Origin: Bacteroidales bacterium
GTDB taxonomy: Bacteria > Bacteroidota > Bacteroidia > Bacteroidales > VadinHA17
NCBI GenBank assembly: GCA_024762655.1
Contig: JANTHB010000003.1
Location: forward strand, 3,353-67,352
Reading direction: 5' to 3'
DNA length: 64,000 nucleotides
Numbering within the stretch: the stretch's first letter is position 1; each line of letters begins with the position of its first letter. Below are positions 33,897-43,814 of the stretch, one piece after another. The notes below the pieces were generated by a model. That model worked only from the letters and a program-made list of their open reading frames with translations. It had not been told where the DNA came from and did no database searches. The position numbers were made by a program, and so were the translations under genes.

Positions 33897-35375
33897 ATGA
33901 TGAAAGAAGGCACTTACAACAAAAATGTTGTGGTCGTTATTGCAGCAGTGGCGGCTACGGGCGGTTTGCTTTTTGGATTTGACACCGGTGTAATTTCCGG
34001 GGCCATCCCGTTTTTTCAACAAAACTTTCAGCTTAGCAACAGCATGATTGAAAACATCACTACAGCAGGATTGCTGGGTGCTGTCATCGGGGCCGCTTTC
34101 ACCGGAAGATTATCCGATATTTTCGGACGGAAGAAAACCATCCTGACTGCAGCCGTAATATTTGTTGTCGGTGCCGTATGGTCGGGATGGGCACCCAATG
34201 CACATGTACTTATGTATGCCCGTCTGTTCATCGGCCTGGCCATAGGAATATCTTCTTTTTCAGTTCCTTTATATATTGCAGAAATTTCACCTTCAAAAAT
34301 CAGAGGCCGGTTGGTTTCTCTTTTTCAACTTCTCATTACCATCGGCATCCTGGTGTCTTACCTGAGTGACCTGGCTTTTGCCAATAACAACGATGTAGAA
34401 TCCTGGCGTCCGATGTTATATGCCGGAGTGGTACCGGGACTGATTCTTCTGATCGGGATCCTGTTCCTTCCTGAAACGCCCCGCTGGCTTATAAGCAAGG
34501 GCCGAGAAGAAGAAGGCCGCAGAATCCTGAAGCGGATTGAAGAACCTGAGATCGTTGAGAAATCCATTCAACAGATAAAAACCGAAATAGAAAAAGACAA
34601 GGAACGGCCCAATTTCAGTGAGGTTTTTCGTCCCTGGTTACGAAATGCCCTGATCATTGCCGTAGGGATCATGTTCGTTCAGCAGTTTGTCGGGATCAAT
34701 ACGGTGATTTACTACAGTCCGAAAATATTTATGATTGCCGGATTCGAAGGAGCCCGTGCCGGGATCTGGGGGTCGGTAAGCGTCGGGGTGGTTAATGTAT
34801 TATTTACGATCCTCTCCTTATTCCTGATAGACAAAATTGGCAGAAGAAAGCTTTATTTCATCGGGTTAAGTGGTATCATCATTTCTCTTCTTGCCCTGGG
34901 ACTGGTATTTGCTTTACATACTCAACTCGGCGATACCGGGAAATGGCTCGCTATTGTTTTTGTGTGGATATACATTGCTTTCTTTGCCATCAGCTTAGGA
35001 CCGCTCGGGTGGCTGATTATCTCGGAAGTTTTTCCGCTGCGTATCAGGGGCATCGGGACTTCCATCGGATCCCTATCCAACTGGTTTTTCAACGGACTGG
35101 TTGCATTTACCTTCTTTAAAATTATCAAATTATTCACCGTTCATGGTACCGGTATTATCACCCAGGAAAAGCTTTATGATGCTGCCACAAACAGTTTCGT
35201 CACCAAAGCGGTTGACAATGGCAACCCCGCCGGGGCCTTCTGGTTTTATGCAGCCATAGGAATCCTTGCCATTATCTGGGGATATTTTTATCTGCCTGAA
35301 ACCAAAGGGGTTTCATTAGAGAAAATCGAAGAACACTGGCGGCAGGGGAAAAAACCCAGAGACCTGAAAGAATAA
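33897..35375 (+). CDS. MFS sugar porter (sugar:H+ symporter, XylE/GalP-like)
   Basis: 492 aa with motifs GGLLFGFDTGVISGA, GRKKTIL, PETPRWL and PETKG, and a 12-TM layout. Confidence 0.85.
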   Translation: MMKEGTYNKNVVVVIAAVAATGGLLFGFDTGVISGAIPFFQQNFQLSNSMIENITTAGLLGAVIGAAFTGRLSDIFGRKKTILTAAVIFVVGAVWSGWAPNAHVLMYARLFIGLAIGISSFSVPLYIAEISPSKIRGRLVSLFQLLITIGILVSYLSDLAFANNNDVESWRPMLYAGVVPGLILLIGILFLPETPRWLISKGREEEGRRILKRIEEPEIVEKSIQQIKTEIEKDKERPNFSEVFRPWLRNALIIAVGIMFVQQFVGINTVIYYSPKIFMIAGFEGARAGIWGSVSVGVVNVLFTILSLFLIDKIGRRKLYFIGLSGIIISLLALGLVFALHTQLGDTGKWLAIVFVWIYIAFFAISLGPLGWLIISEVFPLRIRGIGTSIGSLSNWFFNGLVAFTFFKIIKLFTVHGTGIITQEKLYDAATNSFVTKAVDNGNPAGAFWFYAAIGILAIIWGYFYLPETKGVSLEKIEEHWRQGKKPRDLKE

Positions 35376-35427
35376 GGATCAAGGCAACAGTTATAAGAAA
35401 TTTCTTAAAACGAACGTATTACACCTC

Positions 35428-35470
35428 ATCCTTCCTTCCGGTAAACCGTGCCGGAAGGAAGGATTTTTTT
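35428..35470 (+). terminator. Rho-independent terminator after the sugar porter gene
   Basis: A 14-bp perfect stem, atccttccttccgg (35428-41) with ccggaaggaaggat (35451-64), has a 9-nt loop and is followed by a T6-7 run. It overlaps the convergent response-regulator stop codon. Confidence 0.8.
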
Positions 35471-36098
35471 ATATCTCTCCGTCCAGGGATTTCTTGATCA
35501 CCTCAGCTTTACTGTGTACCTGAAGTTTTTTATAGATATTCTTGATATGGGAACGGACCGTTTCAAGAGAGATACACTCTTTGTCGGCAATCATTTTATA
35601 GCTAAGACCATCTACCAGACACATGACAATCTCTTTTTCCTTTTGTGTGAGAGGAGAGTCTTTTTCTTTCTTCCTGTCTGTCTGAAAAAAGTCTACCACC
35701 TTACGGGCAATCTGCGGAGACATAATGGCTCCTCCCTTGCTGACGATTTCAATAGATTCCCTGATCTCCGGAAAAGGAGTGTTTTTTAGAAGATACCCGG
35801 ATGCTCCGGCACACAGGGACCGGAATATACGGTTGGGATCATTATATACGGTCAGCATCAGCATATTCACTTCCGGGAAACGCTCTTTTATCAGTTTAAT
35901 GCCGCTAATGCCCGACATACCCGGTAAACCGATGTCCATCAGGATCACATCCGGGACATTCTCTTCATTCAGATGATGCAGAAAAGCTTCTACGGATTCC
36001 CTGGCTGCTGAGCAAAACATATCAGACTGGTCATTGATAAACTCCTGCAGGCTTTCCCTGACAAACGAATCGTCCTCTACAATGGCTACATTTATCAT
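35469..36098 (-). CDS. NarL/LuxR-family response regulator (REC + LuxR HTH)
   Basis: 209 aa. The REC motifs are VAIVEDD and DVILMDIGLPGMSG. The LuxR-type HTH is LTQKEKEIVMCLVDGLSYKMIADKECISLETVRSHIKNIYKKL. Confidence 0.9.
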   Translation of the reverse strand: MINVAIVEDDSFVRESLQEFINDQSDMFCSAARESVEAFLHHLNEENVPDVILMDIGLPGMSGISGIKLIKERFPEVNMLMLTVYNDPNRIFRSLCAGASGYLLKNTPFPEIRESIEIVSKGGAIMSPQIARKVVDFFQTDRKKEKDSPLTQKEKEIVMCLVDGLSYKMIADKECISLETVRSHIKNIYKKLQVHSKAEVIKKSLDGEI

Positions 36099-36153
36099 GC
36101 TTTAATTATACAACATATTCCACTTCTGCGCAATCCCATTAATATGGGATATA

Positions 36154-39100
36154 TTAAAGTTTTTTCATAAACAATCTCAGGGTCACTCCCTTGTCTGTTA
36201 TTACCTCCAGTTTTGCCTTCAGACGTTCGGCTCTCATCCGCATATTCCGCAAACCATTTCCTTTTGATAATTCCTCCGGGTCAAAGCCTTTCCCATTATC
36301 CGATATTTCCATCATAAACCCCCTGTCCGTATTTAACAGCTTTATTTTCACTTCGGTAGCCTCTGCATGTTTTACTATATTATTAAGCGCTTCCTTATAA
36401 ATATAAAAGATGTTTTGCCTGTAATCTACAGGGATTTTTTTCTTCTTTTTCATGTCTTTCTGAACCATACCCACTTTGATGTCCTTCATGGAAAAAGTAC
36501 TGAAAGCCACATCCTGCATCCGGTCCAACAACTGGATGAGGGTATCGTTACGTGCATCAATCGACCAAATGATATCGCTCATGGTAGAGATGATTTCCCT
36601 GCTTATGATCCCAATGGTCCTGGACAACCTGATCATCCTGTTATAATCCCTGGTGGCCTGCATCTGCTCCGAGGCAATGGATATCCTCGTCAGGGCCGAG
36701 CCTATATCATCATGCAGGTCGCTGGCTATGCGCACCCGTAGGCGTTCTACTGCCAACAGTTTTTGCAGTTGCATGCGATGCAGTCCGTACAGTATCAATA
36801 AAAATAATACAACCCCCAGGGTTTTGAACCACCACGTTTTCCAATAAGGAGGCCTGACCTCAATCCCTACCGACAGAATTTTATCACTCCATATCCCGTC
36901 CCGGTTGGTCCCTTTTACCTGAAAAACATAATCTCCCGGATCAATACGCGTATAACTCGCATAGCGGCGATTGCCTGAAAAAACCCAGTCTTTGTCCACC
37001 CCCACCATCCGGTACGCATACTGAATTTTTGCGGGTTGTGCAAAATCCAGGGCTGCAAACTCAAAAGAAAAAAAGTTCTGCTTCCAGGTCAGAACGATTT
37101 TCTTTATTTCTGTCAGTGATTTCGTAAAATCCATCTCTTTATTAAACACCTTAAAACTGGTAAGAACCACCGGCGGCCGGTAATCATTTTCCCGGATCAT
37201 CTCAGGACGGAACAGGTTAAATCCGTTTACTCCTCCAAACAACAGAGCCCCGTCTTGTAGCCTCAGACAGGCATGAAGATTAAACTCATTATTCTGCAAT
37301 CCGTCATACATATCAAAATTTTTAATCTGTCCCGAGGCAGGATCATACCTGCTCAAACCCATATTGGTACTTATCCACAGGTACCCCCGGTTATCCTGCA
37401 GAATACCGTAAATGATATTACTGGGAAGACCGTTTTTTATCGTAATGTGTCTGAACTCCCCACAGGAAGGACCATCCGGTCTCATATAAGATAATCCCTT
37501 ATTGGTACCGACCCATAAAATCCTTCCAGCACTATCCCTTGTCTCGTATATCACATGTACCATATTCCCGGCAATGGAAAGAGAATCCTTCTCACGGACC
37601 GGATAAGTGGAAAAACGTCCCGTTTTCATATCGATGGATAACAATCCTACCCCCCAGGTACCGATCCAAAGTTTTCCCCCGGAACCAGCCCACAATGTCA
37701 GTAAAGAACTCAGGTCAAGAATTCGGTCAGACCAGGCAATGCTTTTATAGGTCTTTCCCCGTCCGGCCAACACATCGTAACGCACCAGCCCTTTGTTGTC
37801 CGTAGCTATCCACAGGATATTTTTTGAAGTAAAACATAAGTCATTGATATACTTTATGTCTATCATCTCCTCTCCTTCGGTATTTTGTATTGCGGGAATA
37901 TGAGTAAAATTTTTGCGGACCGGATCAAAACGATTCAGCCCGTTGTCACTTGTCGCCACCCATATTGTACCCGAACCATTTCCGGTAACGGCACTCACGT
38001 GGCTGCTACTGATGCTTCGCGGATCCTCAGGGTCATGACTATAGACCGTAAATCTGCCTGTCTTGCGGTTAAAACCGTTTAATCCTCCTCCTTTGGTCCC
38101 GACCCATATATTACCCGTATGATCTTCATAAAAAGAAGATACATTGTTGTTACTCAGGCTGAACTTATTTTTCCTGCTGTACCTGTAATGCCTGAAATGA
38201 ACCATTCTCGGATCCAGGATATTCAACCCCCCGGCGCCTATCCATAACAAACCAGAACGGTCTTCCGTTATGCTGTAAACATTATTGCTTAATAACCCTT
38301 TGGGATCATCCGGATCCTGAGGGATACGGGTAAATGCACCTTTAACGGGATCAAACAGGTTCAGTCCTTCCGTAAAGGTACCCACCCAAAAACGATGTTG
38401 GGAATCTTCATACAACACACATATATCATTGCTGCTGATGCTCTTTGGATTCTCTTTCTCATAGACAAAATGGACGAACGAAGAATCTTTTTCCGAAAAA
38501 AGGTTCAACCCGCCTCCTCTTGTCCCGATCCAAATCCTTCCGTTATGATCTTCCAGCACCGACATAATATGGTTGCTGCCAATGCTCCGGGGATCTTTCC
38601 CATCATGTACAAAACGGGTAAAGGTCACAGATCCGTCTTTTTGTTTCCCGCCCAATGCCAGTCCTGACCAGGTACCCACCCACAACCGGTTTTTATGATC
38701 GGAAAACACCTCCCGGACGAGATTCCCCGGGAGCGTTTCCGGATCTTCCGGCCGGCTCAGAAACCGGTCAAAATCATCTGTTTCCGGATCATACCTGTCC
38801 AGACCTCCCCCCCATATGCCGATCCATAGATTTCCGTCCCCGTCCATACATACGGAAGACGGCCGTTCACCCGAGATGGCTCCGGGGTTTCTGACATCGG
38901 GCAAATAACGCGTAAAATGATCGGTGCAGGGATCATATTTGGTCAGCCCTTTCCAGGTAGCAATCCATATTTTCCCGGAACGGTCTTCCAGAATATCCCA
39001 TATCCAGTTATTGGAAAGGGAATTTGTGTCTGCCTGATCATACCGGTACACCCTGAAATCATAACCATCATAGCGGTTCAGCCCGTCCTGTGTCCCAAAC

Positions 39101-39261
39101 CACAAAAAACCATGACGATCCTGCATGATACAGTTAACGGAACTTTGTGACAGACCTTCTTCGATGGTCAGATGTCTGAATTGATAAGGCTGTGCCGAAA
39201 CTCCCAGCGGTTGACAAAACCCTAATAAAATCAATCCTATGAGCCTCCATCCGGCTTTCAT
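36154..39261 (-). CDS. Sensor histidine kinase with a large periplasmic beta-propeller/Y_Y_Y-type sensor, a TM helix, and HisKA_3 + HATPase domains
   Basis: 1035 aa. Propeller motifs repeat many times (e.g. WFGTQDGLNRYD, WIGTRGGGLNLF, WVGTKGGGLNGF). The TM helix is WWFKTLGVVLFLLILYGL. The HisKA_3 motif is DLHDDIGSALTRI and the HATPase motif is ISDNGKGF. Confidence 0.85.
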   Translation of the reverse strand: MKAGWRLIGLILLGFCQPLGVSAQPYQFRHLTIEEGLSQSSVNCIMQDRHGFLWFGTQDGLNRYDGYDFRVYRYDQADTNSLSNNWIWDILEDRSGKIWIATWKGLTKYDPCTDHFTRYLPDVRNPGAISGERPSSVCMDGDGNLWIGIWGGGLDRYDPETDDFDRFLSRPEDPETLPGNLVREVFSDHKNRLWVGTWSGLALGGKQKDGSVTFTRFVHDGKDPRSIGSNHIMSVLEDHNGRIWIGTRGGGLNLFSEKDSSFVHFVYEKENPKSISSNDICVLYEDSQHRFWVGTFTEGLNLFDPVKGAFTRIPQDPDDPKGLLSNNVYSITEDRSGLLWIGAGGLNILDPRMVHFRHYRYSRKNKFSLSNNNVSSFYEDHTGNIWVGTKGGGLNGFNRKTGRFTVYSHDPEDPRSISSSHVSAVTGNGSGTIWVATSDNGLNRFDPVRKNFTHIPAIQNTEGEEMIDIKYINDLCFTSKNILWIATDNKGLVRYDVLAGRGKTYKSIAWSDRILDLSSLLTLWAGSGGKLWIGTWGVGLLSIDMKTGRFSTYPVREKDSLSIAGNMVHVIYETRDSAGRILWVGTNKGLSYMRPDGPSCGEFRHITIKNGLPSNIIYGILQDNRGYLWISTNMGLSRYDPASGQIKNFDMYDGLQNNEFNLHACLRLQDGALLFGGVNGFNLFRPEMIRENDYRPPVVLTSFKVFNKEMDFTKSLTEIKKIVLTWKQNFFSFEFAALDFAQPAKIQYAYRMVGVDKDWVFSGNRRYASYTRIDPGDYVFQVKGTNRDGIWSDKILSVGIEVRPPYWKTWWFKTLGVVLFLLILYGLHRMQLQKLLAVERLRVRIASDLHDDIGSALTRISIASEQMQATRDYNRMIRLSRTIGIISREIISTMSDIIWSIDARNDTLIQLLDRMQDVAFSTFSMKDIKVGMVQKDMKKKKKIPVDYRQNIFYIYKEALNNIVKHAEATEVKIKLLNTDRGFMMEISDNGKGFDPEELSKGNGLRNMRMRAERLKAKLEVITDKGVTLRLFMKKL

Positions 39262-39411
39262 AAAAACCTTTTTTATCCTAATGACTACTACTAAGATAGG
39301 TACAAATTACCGGATTTCCAATTTATCCGGCTTCTGACAGTACGGATAACAGGATAATGTTTTTTAACATACAAAATGTTTTTGATTTTTCGTAAACGCA
39401 GACATTTTTAT

Positions 39412-39419
39412 TACCTTTG
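39412..39419 (+). promoter_or_regulatory. Candidate -7 promoter box (TAnnTTTG) for ppdK
   Basis: Exact match tacctttg, 48 nt upstream of the ATG at 39467. The nearest TTTG (39381-84) has non-ideal spacing for a -33 box. Confidence 0.3.
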
Positions 39420-39466
39420 GACAATTTTTGTTTATAATGACTTAACTAATTAAAAATTACTAAATT

Positions 39467-42202
39467 ATGTCTCAGAAAAAACGAGTTTACACATTTGGCA
39501 ACAAGCAGGCCGAAGGAAGTGCAGCATTGCGGAACCTGCTTGGTGGTAAAGGAGCCGGTCTGGCTGAAATGAGCCGTATCGGAGTACCTGTCCCTCCCGG
39601 ATTTACCATTACCACAGAAGTTTGCACAGAATATAATACCCTGGGCAGGGATAAGGTAGTCGAACTCATCAGGGATGACGTAGAAAAAGGAATTGCCCAC
39701 ATTGAAAAGATCATGGGCACCAAATTCGGCAGCGAAGAAAATCCGTGTCTGGTATCCGTACGTTCCGGCGCACGCGTATCCATGCCCGGTATGATGGATA
39801 CCGTCCTGAATCTGGGTATGAATGATGATGCCGTGGTAGGTCTTACCAAAAAAACCGGTAACGAACGTTTTGCCTGGGACTCTTACCGCAGGTTCGTACA
39901 AATGTACGGCGATGTGGTTCTGGGAATGAAACCCACTTCCAAAGAAGAGATTGATCCTTTTGAGGAGATCATTGATGAAGTAAAGGAAAAGAAAGGGGTT
40001 GACCTGGATACCGACCTTGAAACGGAAGATCTGAAAGAGCTCGTCACCAAATTCAAAGAGGCCGTAAAAAAACAAACCGGAAAATCTTTTCCGGATGACC
40101 CCTGGGAACAACTCTGGGGCGCCATTATGGCTGTTTTCGACAGCTGGAACAACGAACGCGCTATTTATTACCGGAAACTGAACAAGATCCCCGATGAATG
40201 GGGTACCGCCGTCAATGTGCAGGCTATGGTGTTCGGGAACATGGGCAATAACTCTGCCACCGGGGTGGCTTTCACACGTGACGCCGCTACCGGAGAAAAA
40301 ATATTTAACGGAGAATATCTGATCAATGCACAAGGTGAAGATGTGGTGGCCGGCATCCGTACCCCACAGCAGATCACCAAAGAAGGATCTATTCGCTGGG
40401 CCAAACTCGCCGGTATATCCGAAGAAGTAAGACGCACACAGTATCCTTCCCTGGAAGAGACCATGCCCGAGATCTATAAAGAACTCTATGAAATCCAGGA
40501 CAAACTGGAAAGACATGCCAAAGACATGCAGGATATGGAATTCACCATCCAGGAAGGAAAACTATGGTTGCTGCAGACGCGTAACGGAAAACGTACAGGA
40601 CAAGCCATGGTTAAAATAGCCATGGATATGCTCCGCGAAGGAATGATCGATGAAAAAACAGCCTTGCTCCGTGTAGAGCCCAATAAACTGGATGAACTGC
40701 TGCACCCTGTATTCGACCAAAATGCCATCAGCAAAGCCAATGTTATCTCCAAGGGGCTTCCCGCCTCGCCGGGTGCCGCCACGGGACGGATTGTCTTCTT
40801 CGCCGACGAAGCAGAGGAATGGGCCGAAAAAGGGGAAGATGTTGTCCTGGTGAGGATCGAAACCTCCCCGGAAGACTTGCGGGGAATGCATGTAGCACAG
40901 GGCATCCTGACCGCCCGCGGAGGGATGACCTCTCACGCGGCTGTCGTGGCCCGGGGTATGGGAAAATGCTGTGTCTCCGGCGCCGGCAGCGTACAGATCG
41001 ACTACAAACAACGCGTGATGAAAGCTGGCGACAAAATCTGGAAAGAAGGCGACTGGATCTCCCTGAACGGAACTACCGGAGAAGTATATGAAGGAAAAAC
41101 AAACACAATCGAACCCAAACTCAGCGGTGATTTCGGTGAGCTCATGAACCTCGCGGATAAACACAGCCGCATGGAAGTACGCACCAACGCTGATACGCCC
41201 CATGATTCTGAAGTCGCCCGTAATTTCGGGGCCCGCGGGATCGGCCTTACCCGTACCGAACATATGTTCTTCGAAGGCGACCGTATTGTTGCCATGCGGG
41301 AGATGATCCTGGCCGACGATGAAGCAGGACGCAGAAAAGCTCTGGAAAAACTGCTCCCTATACAGCGGAGCGACTTCGAAGGGATCTTCGAGGTGATGCA
41401 TGATCTGCCGGTGACCGTACGATTGCTCGACCCACCACTACATGAGTTTGTGCCCCATGAAGAAGAAAACCAGAAAGAGATGGCCAAGGAAATGGGGGTC
41501 AGCCTGGAAAAAATCAAGGAAAAAGTGGAATCATTGAGAGAGTTCAACCCCATGCTGGGACACCGGGGCTGCCGCCTGGGGAACACCTATCCCGAGATCA
41601 CCGAGATGCAGGCACGGGCTATCATAGAGGCTGCTCTCAACCTGAAAGCCAAAGGCATCACCGCCAAACCGGAGATTATGGTTCCTTTGACAGGCACACT
41701 CGCCGAAATGAAAATGCAGGAAGAGATCATAAGAACTACCGCTGAAAAGGTGTTCGAAGAAAGAGGTGAGAAAATTGACTATATGGTAGGTACCATGATA
41801 GAAATCCCGCGCGCTGCCCTGGTCGCCGACCAGATTGCACAGTCGGCCGAATTCTTCTCCTTCGGAACCAATGACCTGACGCAAATGGGATTCGGGTATT
41901 CCCGCGACGACGCCGGGAAATTCCTGCCTGTGTACCTTGAAAAAGGCATCCTGAAAAATGACCCCTTCCAGGTACTGGATCAGGAAGGGATCGGCCAGCT
42001 GATAGAAATCGGCATCAAAAAAGGTAGAACAACCCGTCCGAACCTGAAAGTCGGAATCTGTGGCGAACATGGAGGAGAACCTTCTTCCGTGGAGTTCTGC
42101 CACCGTGTGGGGATGAATTATGTAAGCTGTTCTCCTTACAGGGTGCCTATTGCACGACTGGCCGCGGCACAGGCTGCCGTAAAGGAAGCATCAGAGAAGT
42201 AA
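39467..42202 (+). CDS. ppdK: Pyruvate, phosphate dikinase
   Basis: 911 aa. The N-terminal part is KRVYTFGNKQAEGSAALRNLLGGKGAGLAEM. The phosphohistidine motif is GGMTSHAAVVARGMGK. The C-terminal part resembles a PEP-utilising TIM barrel. Confidence 0.95.
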   Translation: MSQKKRVYTFGNKQAEGSAALRNLLGGKGAGLAEMSRIGVPVPPGFTITTEVCTEYNTLGRDKVVELIRDDVEKGIAHIEKIMGTKFGSEENPCLVSVRSGARVSMPGMMDTVLNLGMNDDAVVGLTKKTGNERFAWDSYRRFVQMYGDVVLGMKPTSKEEIDPFEEIIDEVKEKKGVDLDTDLETEDLKELVTKFKEAVKKQTGKSFPDDPWEQLWGAIMAVFDSWNNERAIYYRKLNKIPDEWGTAVNVQAMVFGNMGNNSATGVAFTRDAATGEKIFNGEYLINAQGEDVVAGIRTPQQITKEGSIRWAKLAGISEEVRRTQYPSLEETMPEIYKELYEIQDKLERHAKDMQDMEFTIQEGKLWLLQTRNGKRTGQAMVKIAMDMLREGMIDEKTALLRVEPNKLDELLHPVFDQNAISKANVISKGLPASPGAATGRIVFFADEAEEWAEKGEDVVLVRIETSPEDLRGMHVAQGILTARGGMTSHAAVVARGMGKCCVSGAGSVQIDYKQRVMKAGDKIWKEGDWISLNGTTGEVYEGKTNTIEPKLSGDFGELMNLADKHSRMEVRTNADTPHDSEVARNFGARGIGLTRTEHMFFEGDRIVAMREMILADDEAGRRKALEKLLPIQRSDFEGIFEVMHDLPVTVRLLDPPLHEFVPHEEENQKEMAKEMGVSLEKIKEKVESLREFNPMLGHRGCRLGNTYPEITEMQARAIIEAALNLKAKGITAKPEIMVPLTGTLAEMKMQEEIIRTTAEKVFEERGEKIDYMVGTMIEIPRAALVADQIAQSAEFFSFGTNDLTQMGFGYSRDDAGKFLPVYLEKGILKNDPFQVLDQEGIGQLIEIGIKKGRTTRPNLKVGICGEHGGEPSSVEFCHRVGMNYVSCSPYRVPIARLAAAQAAVKEASEK

Positions 42203-42220
42203 ACCCCGATTCGATAACAC

Positions 42221-42258
42221 AAAAAAATCCGCAGATTTACTCTGCGGATTTTTTTTTG
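42221..42258. terminator. Bidirectional rho-independent terminator between convergent ppdK and gltA
   Basis: aaaaaaatccgcag-atttact-ctgcggattttttttt. The 8-bp GC-containing stem is flanked by an A-run and a T-run, so it can serve both strands. Confidence 0.8.
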
Positions 42259-42271
42259 CCTGAAGAAAGCC

Positions 42272-43579
42272 TTACTTCTTGATACCGGCCACTTCTTCCA
42301 ACATGTCTGTAGTAACCGACTTGGGCCTTTCGATAGGATAACCCAAACCACGATCCCAGATAATATTGGAAAGAACCCCCAGGGAACGACCAATACCGAA
42401 CAGAACGGTGTAGAAGTCATATTCTCTCACGCCATAATGCCACTGGATCACGCCGGACTGGGCATCCACATTGGGCCAGGGATTTTTGGCTTTCCCATGT
42501 TCTTTCAGGATGTCGGGAACGACTTTGTACAATACATCCACATAGGCAAAAATGGGATCATCAGCCAGATGTTTCAGCGAGAACTCACGCTGTGCCATAT
42601 ACCGCGGGTCAGTTTTACGCAGGACGGCATGGCCGTATCCCGGAATCACCTGCCCTGAGTTAAGCGTATCCCAGACAAATTTCTTCATTTCTTCTTCGTC
42701 GGGCACCTTGCCTCCCATCTTATCCATCACTCCCTGTATCCAGCGCAACACCATTTCATTGGCCAGTCCGTGCAACGGACCTGCCAGGCCGTCAATCATC
42801 GCCGAAATGGCATAATAAACATCCGACAGGGCACTGGCTACCAAATGACCGGTATGAGCACTTACATTGCCGCTCTCATGGTCGCTGTGCAGGATAAAAT
42901 ACAGACGGGACAACTCATCATAAGGGGCAGGAACACCCATCATATGGGCAAAATTAGCACCGAAATCCAGCTTGGGATCCGGAGCAATGATATCCCCTCC
43001 TTTGAATTTCTTCCTGTAAATGTAAGCTCCTATTTCCGGAAGCTTGGCCAACAGGTTCATGGCGTCTTCATAAGTAGGATCCCAGTAATCCATTTTGCTG
43101 ATCCCCTCTTTGTACTTTTTGGCAAAAAGAGAATCTTTCTCCATGGAAAGAATGGCTGCCGAGAACATCACCATCGGATGCGCTTCTGCCGGCATGGCAT
43201 TGATCACATCAAAGACATACTGGGGAACCTTGGAGCGGGACTTGAATTCTTCCACCACTTCCTCTGCCTGTTGCTCTGTCGGGATGTCTCCCGTAAGCAA
43301 AAGATAAAAGAAAGACTCCACCGTAGGATAATCATTACCGGCAACCTTGGGAAGCTTGGCCAGCACTTCCGGAATGGTATATCCCCTGAAACGGATCCCC
43401 TCAAAAGGGTCGAGATAAGAGATGTCTGTTACGAGGCATTTGACACCACGCATACCACCGATCGCCTGTCCTATGGATACCTCTCCCAGTTTTACATCGC
43501 CAAACTCTTTTACAAGCCGGGTTGTACGCGGACGCCAGCCTTCAATTTTCTCCTGAAGTTTTTGTTTTAATGTTGACAT
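42272..43579 (-). CDS. gltA: Citrate synthase
   Basis: 435 aa with motifs GMRGVKCLVTDISYLDP, EGIRFRGYTIPE, LHSDHESGNVSAHT and PGYGHAVLR. Confidence 0.9.
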   Translation of the reverse strand: MSTLKQKLQEKIEGWRPRTTRLVKEFGDVKLGEVSIGQAIGGMRGVKCLVTDISYLDPFEGIRFRGYTIPEVLAKLPKVAGNDYPTVESFFYLLLTGDIPTEQQAEEVVEEFKSRSKVPQYVFDVINAMPAEAHPMVMFSAAILSMEKDSLFAKKYKEGISKMDYWDPTYEDAMNLLAKLPEIGAYIYRKKFKGGDIIAPDPKLDFGANFAHMMGVPAPYDELSRLYFILHSDHESGNVSAHTGHLVASALSDVYYAISAMIDGLAGPLHGLANEMVLRWIQGVMDKMGGKVPDEEEMKKFVWDTLNSGQVIPGYGHAVLRKTDPRYMAQREFSLKHLADDPIFAYVDVLYKVVPDILKEHGKAKNPWPNVDAQSGVIQWHYGVREYDFYTVLFGIGRSLGVLSNIIWDRGLGYPIERPKSVTTDMLEEVAGIKK

Positions 43580-43681
43580 ACTTTTGTTTTTATTTTGGTT
43601 ATTAATTAATTAAAAAAATTAAATCCTATTTTGTTTCAACCCATAAATTTAGGACAATATTTGTACGATTGTACTACCCAT

Positions 43682-43729
43682 TCATATGTTTTACAACCTG
43701 ATATGAAAAAACTATCGTAAAACATATGA
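43682..43729. promoter_or_regulatory. 13-bp perfect inverted repeat in the gltA/maeB divergent promoter region (candidate operator)
   Basis: tcatatgttttac (43682-94) and gtaaaacatatga (43717-29) are exact reverse complements, separated by a 22-nt spacer. Confidence 0.4.
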
Positions 43730-43770
43730 AAGCATGGTTATTTATCATAAATTTAGTACAGAATAATTCA

Positions 43771-43778
43771 TAGATTTG
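43771..43778 (+). promoter_or_regulatory. Candidate -7 promoter box (TAnnTTTG) for maeB
   Basis: Exact match tagatttg, 37 nt upstream of the ATG at 43815. Confidence 0.35.
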
Positions 43779-43814
43779 TATGCATCGATTATTAAATAAT
43801 AAAATATAAACAAT

